Positions 63,843 through 64,000 of a stretch of 64,000 nt of DNA are shown here, one piece after another. The stretch is from an uncultured Acidobacteriota bacterium (GTDB lineage: Bacteria; Acidobacteriota; Vicinamibacteria; Vicinamibacterales; CAVVIG01), in contig CAVTHG010000004.1 in NCBI GenBank assembly GCA_963734375.1, positions 165,363-229,362 on the forward strand, written 5' to 3'. Under the pieces are notes generated by a model, which saw only the letters and a list, made by a program, of their open reading frames with translations, did no database searches and was not told the DNA's origin. Each line of letters starts with the position of its first letter. Position 1 is the first letter of the stretch. The translations under genes were made by a program, and so were the position numbers.

Positions 63843-64000
63843 TCGCGGCCAGCGCCTCGTGCATCGGCCGGCCGTTCTCGAGCGCCAGCAGGATCTTGTC
63901 GGCGGTGACCGGCGCGCGCTTGAAGACCTCGTCGCCGACCGCTGCCGCGATCGCGTTGACGACCGCGCCGAAGCCGGCGCCGACCGGCGCCTCGCCGATG
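63835..64000 (-). CDS. Xanthine-dehydrogenase-family molybdopterin subunit, 3' end only
   Basis: IGEAPVGAGFGAVVNAIAAAVG...APVTADKILLAL. Confidence 0.8.
   Translation of the reverse strand, partial: IGEAPVGAGFGAVVNAIAAAVGDEVFKRAPVTADKILLALENGRPMHEALAANV

Overview
High-GC (by eye roughly 70%) chromosomal segment. Gene content (DUF1592/DUF1552/ankyrin modules, PQQ-type dehydrogenase, many secreted c-type cytochromes, GTAG-REP and short-tandem intergenic repeats) resembles Acidobacteriota (Vicinamibacterales-like); this is inference. Many genes carry 1-nt frameshifts, most likely long-read indel errors. No rRNA, tRNA, CRISPR or transposase was recognised. Main observations: (1) a five-gene, apparently cytoplasmic cluster of CBM48/gluconate-2-dehydrogenase-subunit-3 fusion, GMC flavoprotein, two large cupins and glgX, which looks like an undescribed glycogen/alpha-glucan oxidation system (55895-63474); (2) seven promoters with identical PhoB-type geometry (11-bp-spaced half-sites, -10 box 15 bp after the last), defining a Pho regulon of phoD, a STAS gene, two small genes (one absent from the ORF track), a GT2-PHP pair, a PhoX-like gene and the imelysin-DHOR-imelysin-HTTM operon; (3) palindromic and short-tandem repeats translated in frame inside proteins; (4) overlapping divergent perfect ECF41 promoters; (5) a heme-c/PHM-type copper monooxygenase-like protein, a DxD-type PQQ dehydrogenase and an alpha-dioxygenase-like peroxidase.
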